A stretch of DNA of 64,000 bases from Glaucostegus cemiculus (lineage: Eukaryota), in the NCBI GenBank assembly GCA_976551045.1, contig CDPCPM010000107.1, positions 9,176,001 through 9,240,000 of the forward strand. The letters run 5' to 3'. Shown here piece after piece: positions 49,042 to 62,460 of the stretch. The notes beneath the pieces were generated by a model that saw only the letters and a list, made by a program, of their open reading frames with translations, did no database searches and was not told where the DNA came from. The position numbers and the translations under genes were made by a program. Each line of letters starts with the position of its first letter. The stretch's first letter is position 1.

Positions 49042-49155
49042 CGAACTGGCATAGAACACCTTCCCATCCTTCACGGCATATACACTGGTAAAAGTTGACT
49101 CCATCAATGCATGTCCCACCATTTTTACATGGATCGCTTTCACAGTCATTAATAT
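49042..49155 (-). CDS. JAG1: Jagged-1 exon 15 (EGF11)
   Basis: 114 nt, [42 protein letters not shown]. Confidence 0.96.
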
Positions 49156-49715
49156 CTATAATCAAGCAGTAAAATGTGTTTACCCAAAAAGCAAAACTAT
49201 TGGTATCCCATGCTCACTATTTGTAGATCAAGTGTAGGTCTTAAATTTTTGGCCAATATTAAATGAGCAGCAAATTCCTGCTGCTTTCAAATCTATCAAA
49301 AATTCTGATCTCACAGTAAAAGTGCAGATCACGATTATTAAATTATCTCAATATTTCCCAAGTCTGAAACTTCTCAGCTTTAAATACACTAAAAGCAGAA
49401 CATTGATTAAAGTTTAAAAACTACCAGTTTCCAAGTGTGGTCTACCCACAACTGAATTGTGTCAAAAATCAAGGACAGCTTGCTGATTATTCAGACACCA
49501 CAAAGTAATAAGGGGGGGGGGGGGGGGGGATTCAAAGCTTTGATGGTCAAGGAAAAGTATCCAAGCTGCAGCTTAGTTTAAGGTTTATGCAGAGCTTGAG
49601 AGGTAGGGAGGGTGTGGAGCAAGGACAGAGAGGGGAGAAGGGATGGAGAGAGGGTGCAGGCTAAGGAATGGAATGTGGATGCAAGAGTACAAAGGAAAGT
49701 TCATGCCATCCTTAC

Positions 49716-49880
49716 TTTCATGACAGTATGTGCCAGTGAATCCTTCATTGCAATCACAGGTGAACTTCCCCCCTGCTTGACTCCTGCACTTTCCATGAGG
49801 CCCACAAACATTCGAGGAAATGTAACGTATCCCATCAGGTGTGTTGTTGGAGGCCACTGCAACTGTACAGCTGTCGATAA
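49716..49880 (-). CDS. JAG1: Jagged-1 exon 14 (EGF10 with the Serrate/Jagged-type insertion)
   Basis: 165 nt, [59 protein letters not shown]. Confidence 0.97.
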
Positions 49881-50657
49881 CTGAGAAAGAACAGGAAGCA
49901 AAACAGTTTCTTAATGGACCTTTCAGATCCACGTCAATGGATTCGTATGTAAACAATAAGAGGCATCCAGATACAAATTAAAATCACTAATTTAAAATAT
50001 TTGTTGAGTTTGAAAGGACAGTCCTTATTTTCTTGGAGAGTGAGGTGGTTCCTCATTAATACAGGCTGCCTTTTGGCAATGGGTTGGACTGAGCAGTGTA
50101 CGAGGAACAATGTTTTAGACATACATGCCGTATACAACGGATGTATTGCAATGGTTGTATATAACTGCATTTCCCTGCAAGTATAAACAATTGGTGCATG
50201 TATTTTCTTTTAAGTGGCAAGACATATCAAATCCAAGCCTCTGAACCACTACTGCACTGTGGTAGGTCTGACCCAGCACCCTACATCCACACAGAATAAA
50301 ATGCAAAAGCCACTGAACAATTATTAGGCAGAACACACACACAGCCTGTTAATGGTTAGCCAGCGCCTGCTCTATTGAAAATAAATGTCCTTTCTATGGA
50401 AATGGAAACTCAAGATTCCCACAGCATCCTGAAAATGGCCTCAATTCAAAGAACATAGATTGCTTTTTTCCCCCCTTGTTATGTTAACAATAATGACCGA
50501 GTCATTACAGTTGTGCAATGCCAATCTCAAGGATGCAGTACAAGCAATCGATACAAAAAAAGCCAGTTACCAGAGCAACTGTTTAGCATCTCACTCTCAA
50601 CATCAGCCTCCCCCTCCCCTGAACACTTAAGATAATGACAGAAGTTGCGGGAAGTAC

Positions 50658-50808
50658 CTTCACAGGGAGTAGTCCGACAGTGGTCTTTCAGATGGGAACA
50701 GTTTTTCCCTTCGTAGTCTTCTGGGCAACTGCAGAAGTAATCGTTGGCTAGATTAAAGCACTGTGCACCATTCCGGCATGGGTTGGGTTCACAATAATCA
50801 ACATCCAG
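50658..50808 (-). CDS. JAG1: Jagged-1 exon 13 (EGF9)
   Basis: 151 nt, [54 protein letters not shown]. Confidence 0.97.
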
Positions 50809-51164
50809 CTGCAACATATACAAAGGGAAGACAGTTTGACACAGAAAAGGGAATATTGTGCAGGCATACGACCAACAGGATCACTCACAACAGCACATTT
50901 ATCACATCTTTGACCCTGATGGAAGCCTACACCTGGTTTTTAACTGCACTCTGGAGCGCATTGACAGATGGTCCACTGACACTACTTCTGGATGCACCCG
51001 GAAATCACTCAAAGGTTCGAACTGCATCCCTGCACCTCCCTCTACTTCCACATCCTCATTTGCCAGGTTTCCAAAAAAAAAGGAAATGGTCAAAACAAGT
51101 TCTCCCCAGTTTAGCTGCTGAAGGCAACTCACGGAGTCGTATCATCTCAAGGTCCCAGGGCACA

Positions 51165-51420
51165 GCAAGCTAGTTAATCCCCAGCCGGCAGCTTGGGTAT
51201 TGCAATTAACCTCAGAGACCTCAGCTTGAAGGGGGTAGGTGGGAGGGTGTGTTGGGAAGGAGAATTAGCCAGAGCTGCCGATTACTAATGAGTGATCTCT
51301 TGGTGGAAAAAGGGGGTGGGGGTTGGAGCACAAAGACTTGGGCGTGATCCTTACAACTCAACCACTGCATTAGACTTGCTGCCACAGGAAGGTGGGGGGT
51401 GATCACAGATCAGATCCATC
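51165..51420 (+). mobile_element. Old SINE-like remnant (JAG1 intron 12)
   Basis: attgcaattaacctcag...ggagaattagccagagctgccgattactaatgagtgatctcttggtggaaa resembles a recalled elasmobranch SINE body. Family uncertain. Confidence 0.4.
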
Positions 51421-51642
51421 ACTTGGATCGCAGTACAAATTGTTCAAAGGATAAAGTTAATCAGAAATAAAAATCGGTTTGAAAAGGGCATTTTTTAAAA
51501 AAAATTGTAAAGGGAATTTACATAACATTTTGGAAATTTCTGATATAATTACAGGCTTTAAAAGACTTGGAAATGAATAGCCTTAAACCAATCTCCCATA
51601 GCAGCTCAGCTATCCGGAATATGCCTTACATCAAGTACTCAC

Positions 51643-51816
51643 CTGACACAGGTTTCCAGAGAAACCAGCGGGGCAAAGGCACTGGAATCCATTGACTTCA
51701 TCTTGACAGTAACCTCCATTGAGGCAGGGGCTGTTTTCACATTCATTGATGTTCTTCTCACAGTTATCTCCCGCATAGCCCGGCAAACAGGTACAGCGAT
51801 AGCCATTAACTAAATC
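51643..51816 (-). CDS. JAG1: Jagged-1 exon 12 (end of EGF7, EGF8)
   Basis: 174 nt, [62 protein letters not shown]. Confidence 0.96.
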
Positions 51817-52137
51817 CTGAAAGAGTAGGGATGGGGGGGGATAAAAGTCAGTTGAGATGGGATCAAATTAATTTTAAGATATAGCTTTAATTAATTATTC
51901 AGCAGATACCGAATTGATGCATTGAGTTTTCCATCATATTGTACCACAAAATATGTAGAAGTTCTCACCTTTGCAAAGCTTAAACTCTTAAAGTGTAACA
52001 TGGTACCTTAGCAAATATTAAAAAGTACAGATTTTGGCTGCGCTCAAACTGTTTCAATACATATTAGTTAAAATGTACCTGTTTTATTATTTGAATGAAT
52101 CTCTTTTAGAAACACTGCAAATGAAAGCCAGACCCAC

Positions 52138-52184
52138 CTTGCAAATTCCCCCATTTTGGCATTGCTCGTGACAGTCATTGATAT
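52138..52184 (-). CDS. JAG1: Jagged-1 exon 11 (start of EGF7)
   Basis: 47 nt, AG/GT. DINDCHEQCQNGGICK. Confidence 0.94.
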
Positions 52185-52570
52185 CTGTAATACACAAATG
52201 AAACCATAAGGGACAAATAATATAAAGTTTATAAAATAGAAACTATCAAGACTTTTGTATCTAATAATATTTTCTGCTTGATTTTGTTCAGTGCAACTTA
52301 TGGGACCCCCGCCGACACAGTTACTGAAACTTCAGCTTGATGTCACTCATTCAGGAGGTAGCCAAATTATGACCCAGATAAAATTAAATTACTTTCATGA
52401 TTGCAGGTCAACTCCCTCTGAAAATTTGTCTGCAGATGTCTCCCTTCCCAGTAATTTATTTGTAGTTAAACAAGCAGAGGGCAATCAGTTTTGAGCTTTG
52501 CAAACAGTTCAAGTCCAATGCTAAAAAGGCAACCTCACTTTTTCCTAGTTTCTGCACAAATAATACCAAC

Positions 52571-52684
52571 CTAATTCACAATTTTTGCCTGACCACCCAG
52601 GCATGCAGTTGCAGTAGTAGCCACCAATCAGATTACGGCAAGAGTCAGCATTTACACATGGCTTTCCCTCGCATTCATTGGCAT
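52571..52684 (-). CDS. JAG1: Jagged-1 exon 10 (EGF6)
   Basis: 114 nt, AG acceptor and GTTGGT donor. [38 protein letters not shown]. Confidence 0.96.
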
Positions 52685-53506
52685 CTGGGATAAAGAAGGG
52701 ATATTTTATTTTAAATAAAAATCAAGACAAAGATAGCTCCAAACAGACAAGGGTTCATTCTCATAACCAAAGCAGAGCATGAGCACATTGTAATCAAGTT
52801 TCTGGCTATTGCCTCCTACTCCCAATTTAAACCAGGCAGGTTCTCAGTGGTAGCATGGAGCGGCTTCATGAAAGCCACCACCTTTTCACTTCGCAAGAGA
52901 ACGTGCATTTTTACTTGTTGTTCACTGGTAAGCAACCTCGGGGAAAACAGAGTCACTCCACTTCTGTCCCTGCCAGCAACGAAGGGGGAGAAAGGAACTT
53001 GTAAGGAAGTGCAGTTCACCTGTCTGAAAAATCAAAGGTGCAGTTTGGACAGATTCACTGATGGCCCCAGTTACTAATTAATAGTAAGAAAAGCAGGATT
53101 AAACAATAAAAGGAGTTAATCAGGCATTTCCAAGTCCAGTGGGACTCGGCTTGCCCCTGTTGTAGTCAGGCAGATTAAAGGATTGCAGAAGGAATGCAGC
53201 CAGCCTATTCTTTACGAGATCATCCCCATTCTAAATCCAGCTGTAAGACTCCTGGTTTGTGAGAGTTCACATGACCGAAAAAGGTGTGGTATCTTTCCCA
53301 CAGGAACAAATACTGGTGCAGGCTTTCCATTTGGGTGTTCTATTTCCTTCCACACCCCCACCCCACCGTGTAGGAGAAGCAATTTTCACACCCACGGTAG
53401 GAAAGCCCAAGATGACAAAGAAAGCATTATAAAGGAACAAATAGTTTCACTAGGTTAAAATGAGTTTAGTACCAGAACTCACTGTATTAGCATAAACAAC
53501 ATTTAC

Positions 53507-53620
53507 CTAACTGACACGTTTTGCCAGTCCACTGTTGTGGGCAAATACATTTGAAGCCATCTATCATATCTTGGCATGTGCCACCATGGGCACAGGGGTT
53601 TGGAGCACAGTCATCAATAT
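53507..53620 (-). CDS. JAG1: Jagged-1 exon 9 (EGF5)
   Basis: 114 nt, [42 protein letters not shown]. Confidence 0.96.
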
Positions 53621-53828
53621 CTATACAAACAGAGAAAGGCAAAGAAAATTTTACGATCACACTGAACTTGACGCAAATCGTAAAACAGCCAAAATCCTTT
53701 ACTTTCAATTAACTTAATCTAATGTCAGCAGAAACATTCACACTCAATTAAAACTCAACTTGATAAAAGGATCTGCCTGCCTCATCACCTCTTGAATCTA
53801 GTGATGCAAGAAACATCACGATACCCAC

Positions 53829-53942
53829 CAATAGTACAAGTGGGACCACTCCACCCAGGGGGACACAGGCATTCGAAACCCGATGTAGTTTCTGAACAAG
53901 TTCCTCCATGATGACAGGGATCGGAGATGCAGGCATGCTCAG
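53829..53942 (-). CDS. JAG1: Jagged-1 exon 8 (EGF4)
   Basis: 114 nt, [42 protein letters not shown]. Confidence 0.96.
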
Positions 53943-54879
53943 CTAAAATGCGAAGAAAATGCAATCAATGTTACAATTTAATTCTTTAAATTTGCATGTC
54001 AATCTGATGCCAAATTGTCTTAAAAGCTCTATTTTTCGTAGTCTGTTTGTAAACAGGCAGCTTTTTGAATGTTCATCCTACACTTTTCATCAACACTCCA
54101 TAATTTAAAATCACTTACACTAAGCCAACTTCAAAGTACCATGAAGTACTGCTGACTCAAGTCAGAACAAAGACCACCAACTCTTAAAGTGCTACGTACT
54201 TGCTTAAACTTCCAGTAAACTGCATTTCCCTTTAACAAACTGACTGCATCCGTAGAGTTAAAAATCTTTAAGGAACCAAATGCATCAAACTTTGCAACCA
54301 ACTTTGTGGAATGGGTTCATCTTTGTACTCCAGCTTGTTGAATTGCCACAAGACATTAAATTTCTTAGAAATCAAATACTACAGCAGTTAAAGATTTGAT
54401 CGCCAAGTATTTACTCAGTAAATAAAATAATGAAATCTATTGAAACTGTACATCCAAAAGGCTGATCATAGATGGCAAACAAAAGCTAGCCAGTCTCCTT
54501 TCACATGATGTTTATTTGAGCATTTTCCTCACAAGTTTTTGGAAAGGCAGGTGTAGGAATTGGGAGTATACAGAGTCTTGCACATCAAACAAATTCTAAG
54601 CAGGGAATAATTTTTCCTTCCACGCCTGACCATTTCTGGACTACAAGCACTGTGTCAAGTTGTTCCCCCCCCCCCCCTATTTTTTCCCCTTTAGACAATG
54701 ACCTTCCTCTCTTCTGCTCCTCACCCCCCCCACCCCAAAACCATCCTTGATTCCTCCCTTGGACAAGGTTCACAAGCAGTCTCTAATAGGTTTAATTAAC
54801 TGTGTTGGCGAGTTAAACTGCTATCCGAGAGGAGGCAGCACCAGTTAACTCCCCCATCGCAAATTCTACCACTCATCGA

Positions 54880-56535
54880 TAGAGGAGCAATTTATTGTGG
54901 CCAATTGACCCACCAACCTGAAAGTCTCTGGGACATGGAAGGAAACCAAGGCAATGACGAGAACATGCAGGCTTCCCACAGACAGAGGTCAGCACTGAAC
55001 CCGAGTTGCTGGAGCTGCAAGGTTGAACTCTACTGGTGCACTCGCTGGAGCGTGACCCCAGCTATGAATAAGTCACCCACGATAGACAGTAAATTGAAAC
55101 AGATGGATAAATTTCTGGTTATTAAGGGAATCAAGAGATAGGGGGTTAGTACAGGAAAGTGAAGGTAAGGATAAAAGATCGGTGACTATCCAATGGCAGA
55201 GCAGGTGCAGAGGGTCAAAGGCTTTCTCCTGCTTTTACATTCTTACGGACCATTGTTTTTTTTCCCCCAGTTTGTGCTCAATGGATCAACTAACCTGCCT
55301 TTCACAAGACCCTTCAATAACCAAAAAGGTGACAAGGTCAGTGACAACTTCCAGACAGTGCCCGCTGTCCAAACATTTACCCCACGAATCCCCCTCAAAA
55401 CTACTCCAGTTCAGCTTGCCCTGGCTCTAACGACACCCGGAGCAGGAAAGAACAGAAGGCAAATGCAAACTGGACTCAGATTTGTTCTTCTCTGGCTTTG
55501 GAGATGAGCATCCTCAATGTCAACACCAAGCTCAGCAGGCTCATTTATTCTGGAGCATTCATGGTTTCAAATAAAATGCTTGAGAGAGTGGTTAAAAATG
55601 CACACTTCATCTGGAGATTTATAAACGAGGAAATCAAGGTGAGCTTTGATAAAACACTCCACACTGTGTCCGGTCCTCAGTGGCCTATTTTAGGGAAGAT
55701 GCAGGGCTTTAGAAGGGGTGCAGAAGAAACTTAAATAGTTATAGGGACAAGGAATGTTAGTTCTGTTTGGAAGTTAGAAGCTGGTGTTTTTCCTCTCTTA
55801 AATGGAATAGACTGGAGGATCTGATAGAGGTATTTAAAATTTAGAAGGGTCTGGGTAGAGTAAACAGAATAACTGTCCTATCAGAATGAAGAGGATAGAA
55901 ATGAAAGTGACTGGCATAAGAACCAAAAGTGATAAGGATACGTTTTAGTTTAAAAAGAGCAATTAGGGCTCAGAAAGCAAGGTTTGGAGGGTGTACAGGA
56001 AGATTCAATTGTTGTGTTCAAAATGGAACAAGTACTTGAGGAGAAATTCTGCAAGGCTGTGGGGAAGGACCAGCTCAATTTCTCTTGCAGAGCTGGCTCA
56101 ATGGGTTGAATGTCATCTGTACTGTAACCGTTTTGAGATTTAGATATCCAAGTCATACTTCTTCACAGGAAGAAATCAGAAGAATCATACAACACGGAAA
56201 CAGGCCATTTGGCCCATCTTCTCCATGACCACCAGTGGGCACCCCTTCATATTAATCTCATTGCTCAGCATTTGGTCCTTAGCCCTCTATGCTCAAGCGA
56301 TTCAACTGCTCACCTAGACACTTAAATGGTGTCAGCAACCCAGCTTCAACTACACTCAGGTAGTGTACTCTAAATACATACCACTCTCTCGGTGGAAAAT
56401 TGGCACCCTTCTGAATCTCTTCCCCCTCACCCTAAAACCCATGTCCTCTGGTTTTATCCACATGATACAAGGAAAAATTTCCTGCAGTCTACCCTGTTTA
56501 GACTCCTCAATTTTATACACCTCAATGGTATCCCC
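54880..56535. mobile_element. Cluster of SINE and CR1 fragments (JAG1 intron 7)
   Basis: SINE (-) about 54880-55045; CR1 pieces (+) about 55090-55245 and 55560-56135; CR1 (-) about 56180-56535 (catacaacacggaaacaggccatttggccc). Confidence 0.7.
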
Positions 56536-56705
56536 TTCTAATTTTCATCTAAATATACATCGATAGTTTAAATTAGACTGGAGAATGGGGTGGAGGGCTA
56601 GAATAAACTCCCTGAAGCAGGTATTTAAGGAAAAAGCAGTAGTGGTGTGAGCGCGCCAAATGCTGTCTGTTGCCATCCATCAGTGGGCACTTGCTGATGA
56701 CTCAC

Positions 56706-56825
56706 CTATTTCGCAGTTTTGCCCTGAATATCCATCGGAGCACGTGCACTGGTATTTGTCTGGCCCAGTGTTGCTACAGGTGCCGCCATTCAAGCAAGGC
56801 TGGCGAGTCCCACAGTAGTTCAAAT
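56706..56825 (-). CDS. JAG1: Jagged-1 exon 7 (EGF3)
   Basis: 120 nt, [44 protein letters not shown]. Confidence 0.97.
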
Positions 56826-57208
56826 CTGGAAATTCAGTGCAGGTAAGAACATGTCTGGTTAAATGCCGAATAAGCATGAAACCTTAAGATGCTAGAAATA
56901 CCAATTATAAAATAAGTACACAAGCTTAGTTATGCAAAGAGATCAGCTTAGGTCATGGTGTCAGAATTCAAAGTGTTAACCTCTTATTTTCAGTCATTTC
57001 TTAACTGCTTGTGATTTTTAAGGATTGTGCATTTATAAGTGACTGGTAATTACACAAATAACATTTATACTATTGGTAAAGTAAAATCTTATGCCTTAAT
57101 TATTATTGCAAAGCAAATAAGTACTTTTCAAATGTTTCAAGTTTTATGAATGTGCACTTGTGACACATTTAATACACCAATGCATCCCATCTGCATTTCA
57201 GAACATTA

Positions 57209-57406
<198 letters not shown>

Positions 57407-60400
57407 TTAAAAATTACAATTGCAAAATAACTTCTCTAAAGAATGGAGCTTCTAGAAAGGTATTCCTTTTTGCTTTGTGTATTGATGCTCTTGTTACTTA
57501 TAAATAAACATTAAGCAGACTTTCCAAGGTTTGAAGCCAACTTTCACACAAAAGAGTAACTGTTCAGAGGGACACAGCATGGTTCCACCAAATACAATAT
57601 CATCTTATTTTCAGACCCAGCACAACTGAGTCAGAGAGGGTGTGCGTCAAATCCTTCCTTGGGCAGCATCACATTCGGCTTCTACCCTGCATCACAAGAC
57701 CCACTGTACAGAATGACATCGTTTACCACTCGAACATGGCATCTTAATTTTCATTTTAAAAACACAGGCCAGAAGAAAACCAAAATCTCTTAATGGCATG
57801 CAGAACACTGGCTTATTGCTCAAAGATACTAATAGCACTAAGCCACTTCTTGTGATCCCCAAAATGAATGCTGGAATGCAATTTACTTCCAACTATGACC
57901 TGTCTAACAGTAAAGGTTAAGCGATCAGTCTGTTGTATTTTGGTAGCTGTCTTTCATTGACTGGTCTATTTTCCCATACTCTTACATTCCCTCCCTATTC
58001 TTTTCCCAGTGTAACAGGATTTTGGGGGAGGGGCGGAGAAAACATTTTAAGTAGCTACAAAACAGAACTTTGTACAACTACAGCTGAACATCTGGATACA
58101 AAGTTCACTTTTACAAATCTTGAAGGTTAAAAAAAATTTGATGGGAGATGTGGGAGGTAAACAATAAGTGATTTTTTTTTAAGTTACCACAGCATCAGAC
58201 TTCTACCAGGACTTCTGGCAACCTTCTGGTACTTTATAAACTAATGCAAAGAAAACTGTAAACAGTGGACCGACAATGGATTCAGGAACTAAGTGATGAG
58301 GGTGCAACTAACACAAGGCAGTTAATAAATTCTAAGAGAATAAACCTTTCCACACAAGTCAATTCTGACATCCTGAAATTCCAAACGGCTCATTAATTGG
58401 GAGAAAACCCATTGTTAACTATCAGTAGCCAATTTCTGCAAAAAAAAAGTATGCAAGCTGTGCCATGAAATGAGCTAATTAAAAATAAAATAATTAAAAA
58501 ATTTTCCATTTTGCAAATGAATCCAAGTATTTTTGTTAGAACTCCATTTTGAATAACTTGAATGGTCCCAAATGAAGATTAATGCCCAGTAAAATCTAAG
58601 AATAACTGCACTGCTTCAATACATGCAACTTTATAAAATGGAACTGAAGGACTGCTGGAAATGGTCACTGCTTTAAGTTTAATCTTTTCAATTCTGAAAC
58701 TATTTTAAAGTCTCAACAAATTAAAATCACACCATTGAAAATATTATCTAGAAAGAAAAGTAATTCATCATTTTAGCCATTAATCCAAAACCAGTCATTC
58801 CACAAAGGGTTGTCCTGAGTTTTTTATATAAATATACTTCAGTTTTCTCATGGGAAATTCTTTAACATATCCATTAGATTTGCACAGATGAGCAACCTTA
58901 GCCTACCCAGCAGAGTCCAAGCTGTAGTTAGCACAGCAGAGACAGTAAACTGCTCAAGTGCAAACTAACCATTTTTTTTCAGCAGCTTCGCCAATAATTC
59001 CATTAAAAGGGAACCAGAAAGTCAACTTTGCAAACCTTCTAAGTATCCAGCGAGATCAGTATTAGAATGCTAGTGCAAACATCACATGCAGCGAAATAAA
59101 AAAAAATTAAAAGACATTTCAGGACAAGCATTGCAGACTTCTGTAATCCAAAAATTACTGAAGGCAAGGCCTAGATTTCTCCAAGTGTCTTCACTCCTCC
59201 TAACCCTCAGACAGGAGGTCAGCCAGCTGTGGAATAAAGTGGCGAACCCATTGTAAAAGATACAAATGTTCAGTCTAGAGCTGCACAGCCATGCAAATTA
59301 ACTGTGGGAAAGTTGCACCTTAAGTAAATAATCACTAATGCATGTCCAGACAATGAGTGGGAGGTGAGCTGGTTAAGGCAGCTTAGAACCTAGAAACAAA
59401 GCTTGCTGTACTAGCATGATTCCAGCAACCCCTGCTAGGCATGTTTATTCTGATGACAGCAGCACAAATCTATGTCAGCTTTTACTGATACAGATCTCAA
59501 CATCTGCTCCAGTCAGTTTCATCAACAACTATTCTGATCTGATACAGGCTGCAATTAGCAAAAAAAATTAATAGTCCATTTCAAGGATTTAATTTAGACA
59601 AAACTATCTAGCTGATCTGGTTGATGTCCATACAATAGCTGTGCTTTCACGTCGAGAGAGGTGGGTCTAATTCTTAATATTGTGCCTATGTTACCACAGC
59701 TCCAAAGAAAAATTAAACCCAGAAATTGATATATTTAATTTGGACAGCCATACATTATGCTTTTCAGAATGGTAAATGACACTTTCACCCTGTTCCTTCC
59801 TTTCTTCACCCCTCCCCCACCAATAGCAGCTTCCCTCTTCTCCAGCTCCCTTGTCTTTTAACACAGCAGTATACTTCCACTAAATGGAATCTTTTAAAGA
59901 TCACATTTCTACACTTCAACTTAATCCACAACTCCACTGTTAATTTGGCAAATGATAATCTATTACAACCAAATCAAAAAATAGCATTCAAAGTTTTGCA
60001 TTCGTCAGTAGTTCCCAACGAGATGCCACGCAGCCATTAACCTCTCAACACTCAAGTGCCGAGAGAAGCGGAGATCAGGATAATCCCATTTAAAAGAATG
60101 CCATGCTTCTGCTCATGTATTTGCTCTCCGTGCACTGGATGGGGAGGGGGGGGATAGTGGGAGGGTGGGAAAGAAATGAAAGGCATTAGAAGCGTGGGCG
60201 GGGACAGTGGTGGAACTAACTTTAACTGGCTTATGGTTTCAGAGCAACTGGTGACTAATGCCATGTCAAATACAAGCACTTACAGAATCAACTTCAGAAG
60301 TTGTGGCACAACCCACAATTACAGCTCCCAACTTGATGAGCAAGGAACTTTCAAACTGTTGTTTCTGCATTTGCAACCTCACTCAAATGTGTTCAAAACC

Positions 60401-60859
60401 ATTCTTAAATTAAATCCATTGCATTTTTTTGTAAAAAGTGAAGATATTGTGCCTGTTTATTACTGATTTAGAGTTAAGCAATGCTTCCAGTTTGATCTTT
60501 TATAACAACGTCCAAATGAAAAACTGTTGCCTCATAACCCGCCTTTGTGCAGGTACCTTGAAACCAGACAATGGCCTTCCACACCTAAAAATCCCACGAA
60601 ACAAACATTACATATGAAACAATATGATCATGTACTTAACATTAAAGTGAGTAGGGGGGAATCCCTTAGACTAAAAAAAAGCTAAATAAGAATCAGGCAA
60701 AAGATGTTTTAATTCTGTTCGAAGCTGGAAGGATTTGCCAATTTGTTTTGGACTTGTACATATTCTTATGTTTTCAAGTAAGTCTGTTTCACCAATTTTC
60801 TTTTGAAAGAACTTCATGGGAGGATGTTCCAAAACTTTCAACTAACGGATTGCTTTTGA

Positions 60860-61095
60860 AGCACTACTGATTACTTACAAACTGAAACAGCTGCTGATTT
60901 ACTTAAAGTAAAGCCTTGCAAAGAATGTAAATGTTGTATTAGTTGGAGGACAGATATTGGTCTGGGATACACTAATCCTCTTCCAGAAAAGATGCAGAAT
61001 AATGACAACCTAGATATATGCTTAAAACCTGGAGTGGGGTTGAACCCACAGCCTTGACTCAGAGGCCAGACTTATTTCTACCAAGTCAGCTGATA
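60860..61095 (-). mobile_element. Deu-domain SINE, degenerate (JAG1 intron 5)
   Basis: ctggagtggggttgaacccacagccttgactcagagg is the reverse complement of the head at 32825. Confidence 0.65.
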
Positions 61096-61444
61096 AGCAC
61101 TGTGACAATAAAGAACATTCTTAACATTTCAGTCATTTAAGTACTGACATATTCGCACAGATTTTAATGTGGTGCTTCAACAGAAAATGAGAGCCTGAAG
61201 CTTACCTTCTAATGCTCAAAATGTTATAAAGTGTTTGGGGAAGCAGGTACAAGAGTTGAGGTCAACGTATCCTAAACCCTGCAGATGCTCTTGGTTCAGA
61301 ACAAACCCTTTTCATAAGTTAGAATGCTGGACACACATTTCTCCTGGGTATGTACTTATACAGTACAGCTTTGGATATTTGATATGTTACTGATTACACC
61401 CATTGACTCATACTTAACATGTTCAGAGGGACAAATGTGCTTAC

Positions 61445-61505
61445 CTGCAATCCCCAGGCGTTTTACAAGAACCATGTTCAGGGCTGCAGCCCTGACGGCA
61501 GATAG
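61445..61505 (-). CDS. JAG1: Jagged-1 exon 5 (EGF1)
   Basis: 61 nt, [25 protein letters not shown]. Confidence 0.96.
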
Positions 61506-61599
61506 CTGGAAAAGAATGACAAAGTATTACCATGTAACCAGTAAGTATATTTGGTTAGATCAAAAAAATCAAATGGATAACATTGTATGAGATTCAATT

Positions 61600-61775
61600 G
61601 ATCAGGGAGCATTTGTGGGGACAGAACTAACATTTCAGTTCAATATCCCTTCAGTTTTGATGGAAGATCATGGACCTGAAATGCTAACTCTGTGCCTCTT
61701 TCCACAGATGCTGCCCAACTCAGTGCTTCATTGAGTTTTATTTCCATTTTTCCACCATTTGCAAGACTTTGCTTC
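61600..61775. repeat. Palindromic Penelope-like terminal-repeat remnant
   Basis: gaactaacatttcagttca (61624-61642) pairs with tggacctgaaatgctaactc (61671-61690). Related remnants near 5080-5150, 27620-27750 and 44090-44220. Confidence 0.55.
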
Positions 61776-62205
61776 TGGATCTTATGATAACCCTGCCAGC
61801 ATTTTAATCTAAAACCAAGTATACTGTCCCTAAATTAGAATTTCCATTTAGAAACTCACTGATAATAGAGCACCAAAATATTAACAGCATGCTTTCAATG
61901 ACAAGATTATAAATGAACTGACTATTTCATAGCCAATGCTTGGATATCAAAAGGAATCAGTTCAACAATTGGTCTATAATTTGAAGGACTTTAAAGTGGG
62001 CGTTGCAGTATCCCAATTTCTTGGCTACATTAAATTCTTGTGACATTTATAAAAAAGGTCAATACAGATTTTCTTTCCAATACTACCATCCTGGATGCAA
62101 ATCTAGCTCTTGTAAGTACAAAAAACCCACAAAATTACACTATCAATTGTTTCTTGGGCAAATCATTGCTTTGCATCATACAAGTAGTAAGTTCCCACCA
62201 CAAAC

Positions 62206-62460
62206 CTTTGTTGCAATCACTTCCCATCCAGCCCTCTAAGCAGGTCTTGTTGCCATTGTGATCACAGGTGTAGTGTCCAAAAAAATCATCCCTTGGTCTG
62301 CAAAACTTGTTACATCCAAAGCCGTAGTAATATTCATCACACACCACTCTAATCTGGTATTCAAAGTGAGCCACAGCACCATTGTGTCTTAAAGTTTGCC
62401 ACTGATGGCTGGGGTTGATCATCCCAGAGTAGACTGCCTTCTCTATCGTGTCTCCTGGAC
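62206..62460 (-). CDS. JAG1: Jagged-1 exon 4 (end of MNNL/C2 domain plus DSL domain)
   Basis: 255 nt, [27 protein letters not shown]...[45 protein letters not shown]. Confidence 0.97.

Noticed and set aside
50763-51173. Several overlapping ORFs in JAG1 intron 12
   Set aside because: No domain similarity; locally higher GC lowers stop-codon frequency.
50416-53302. Isolated RBPJ motifs (TTCCCACA at 50416 and 53295)
   Set aside because: Single 8-mers at about chance frequency with no convincing partner motifs.
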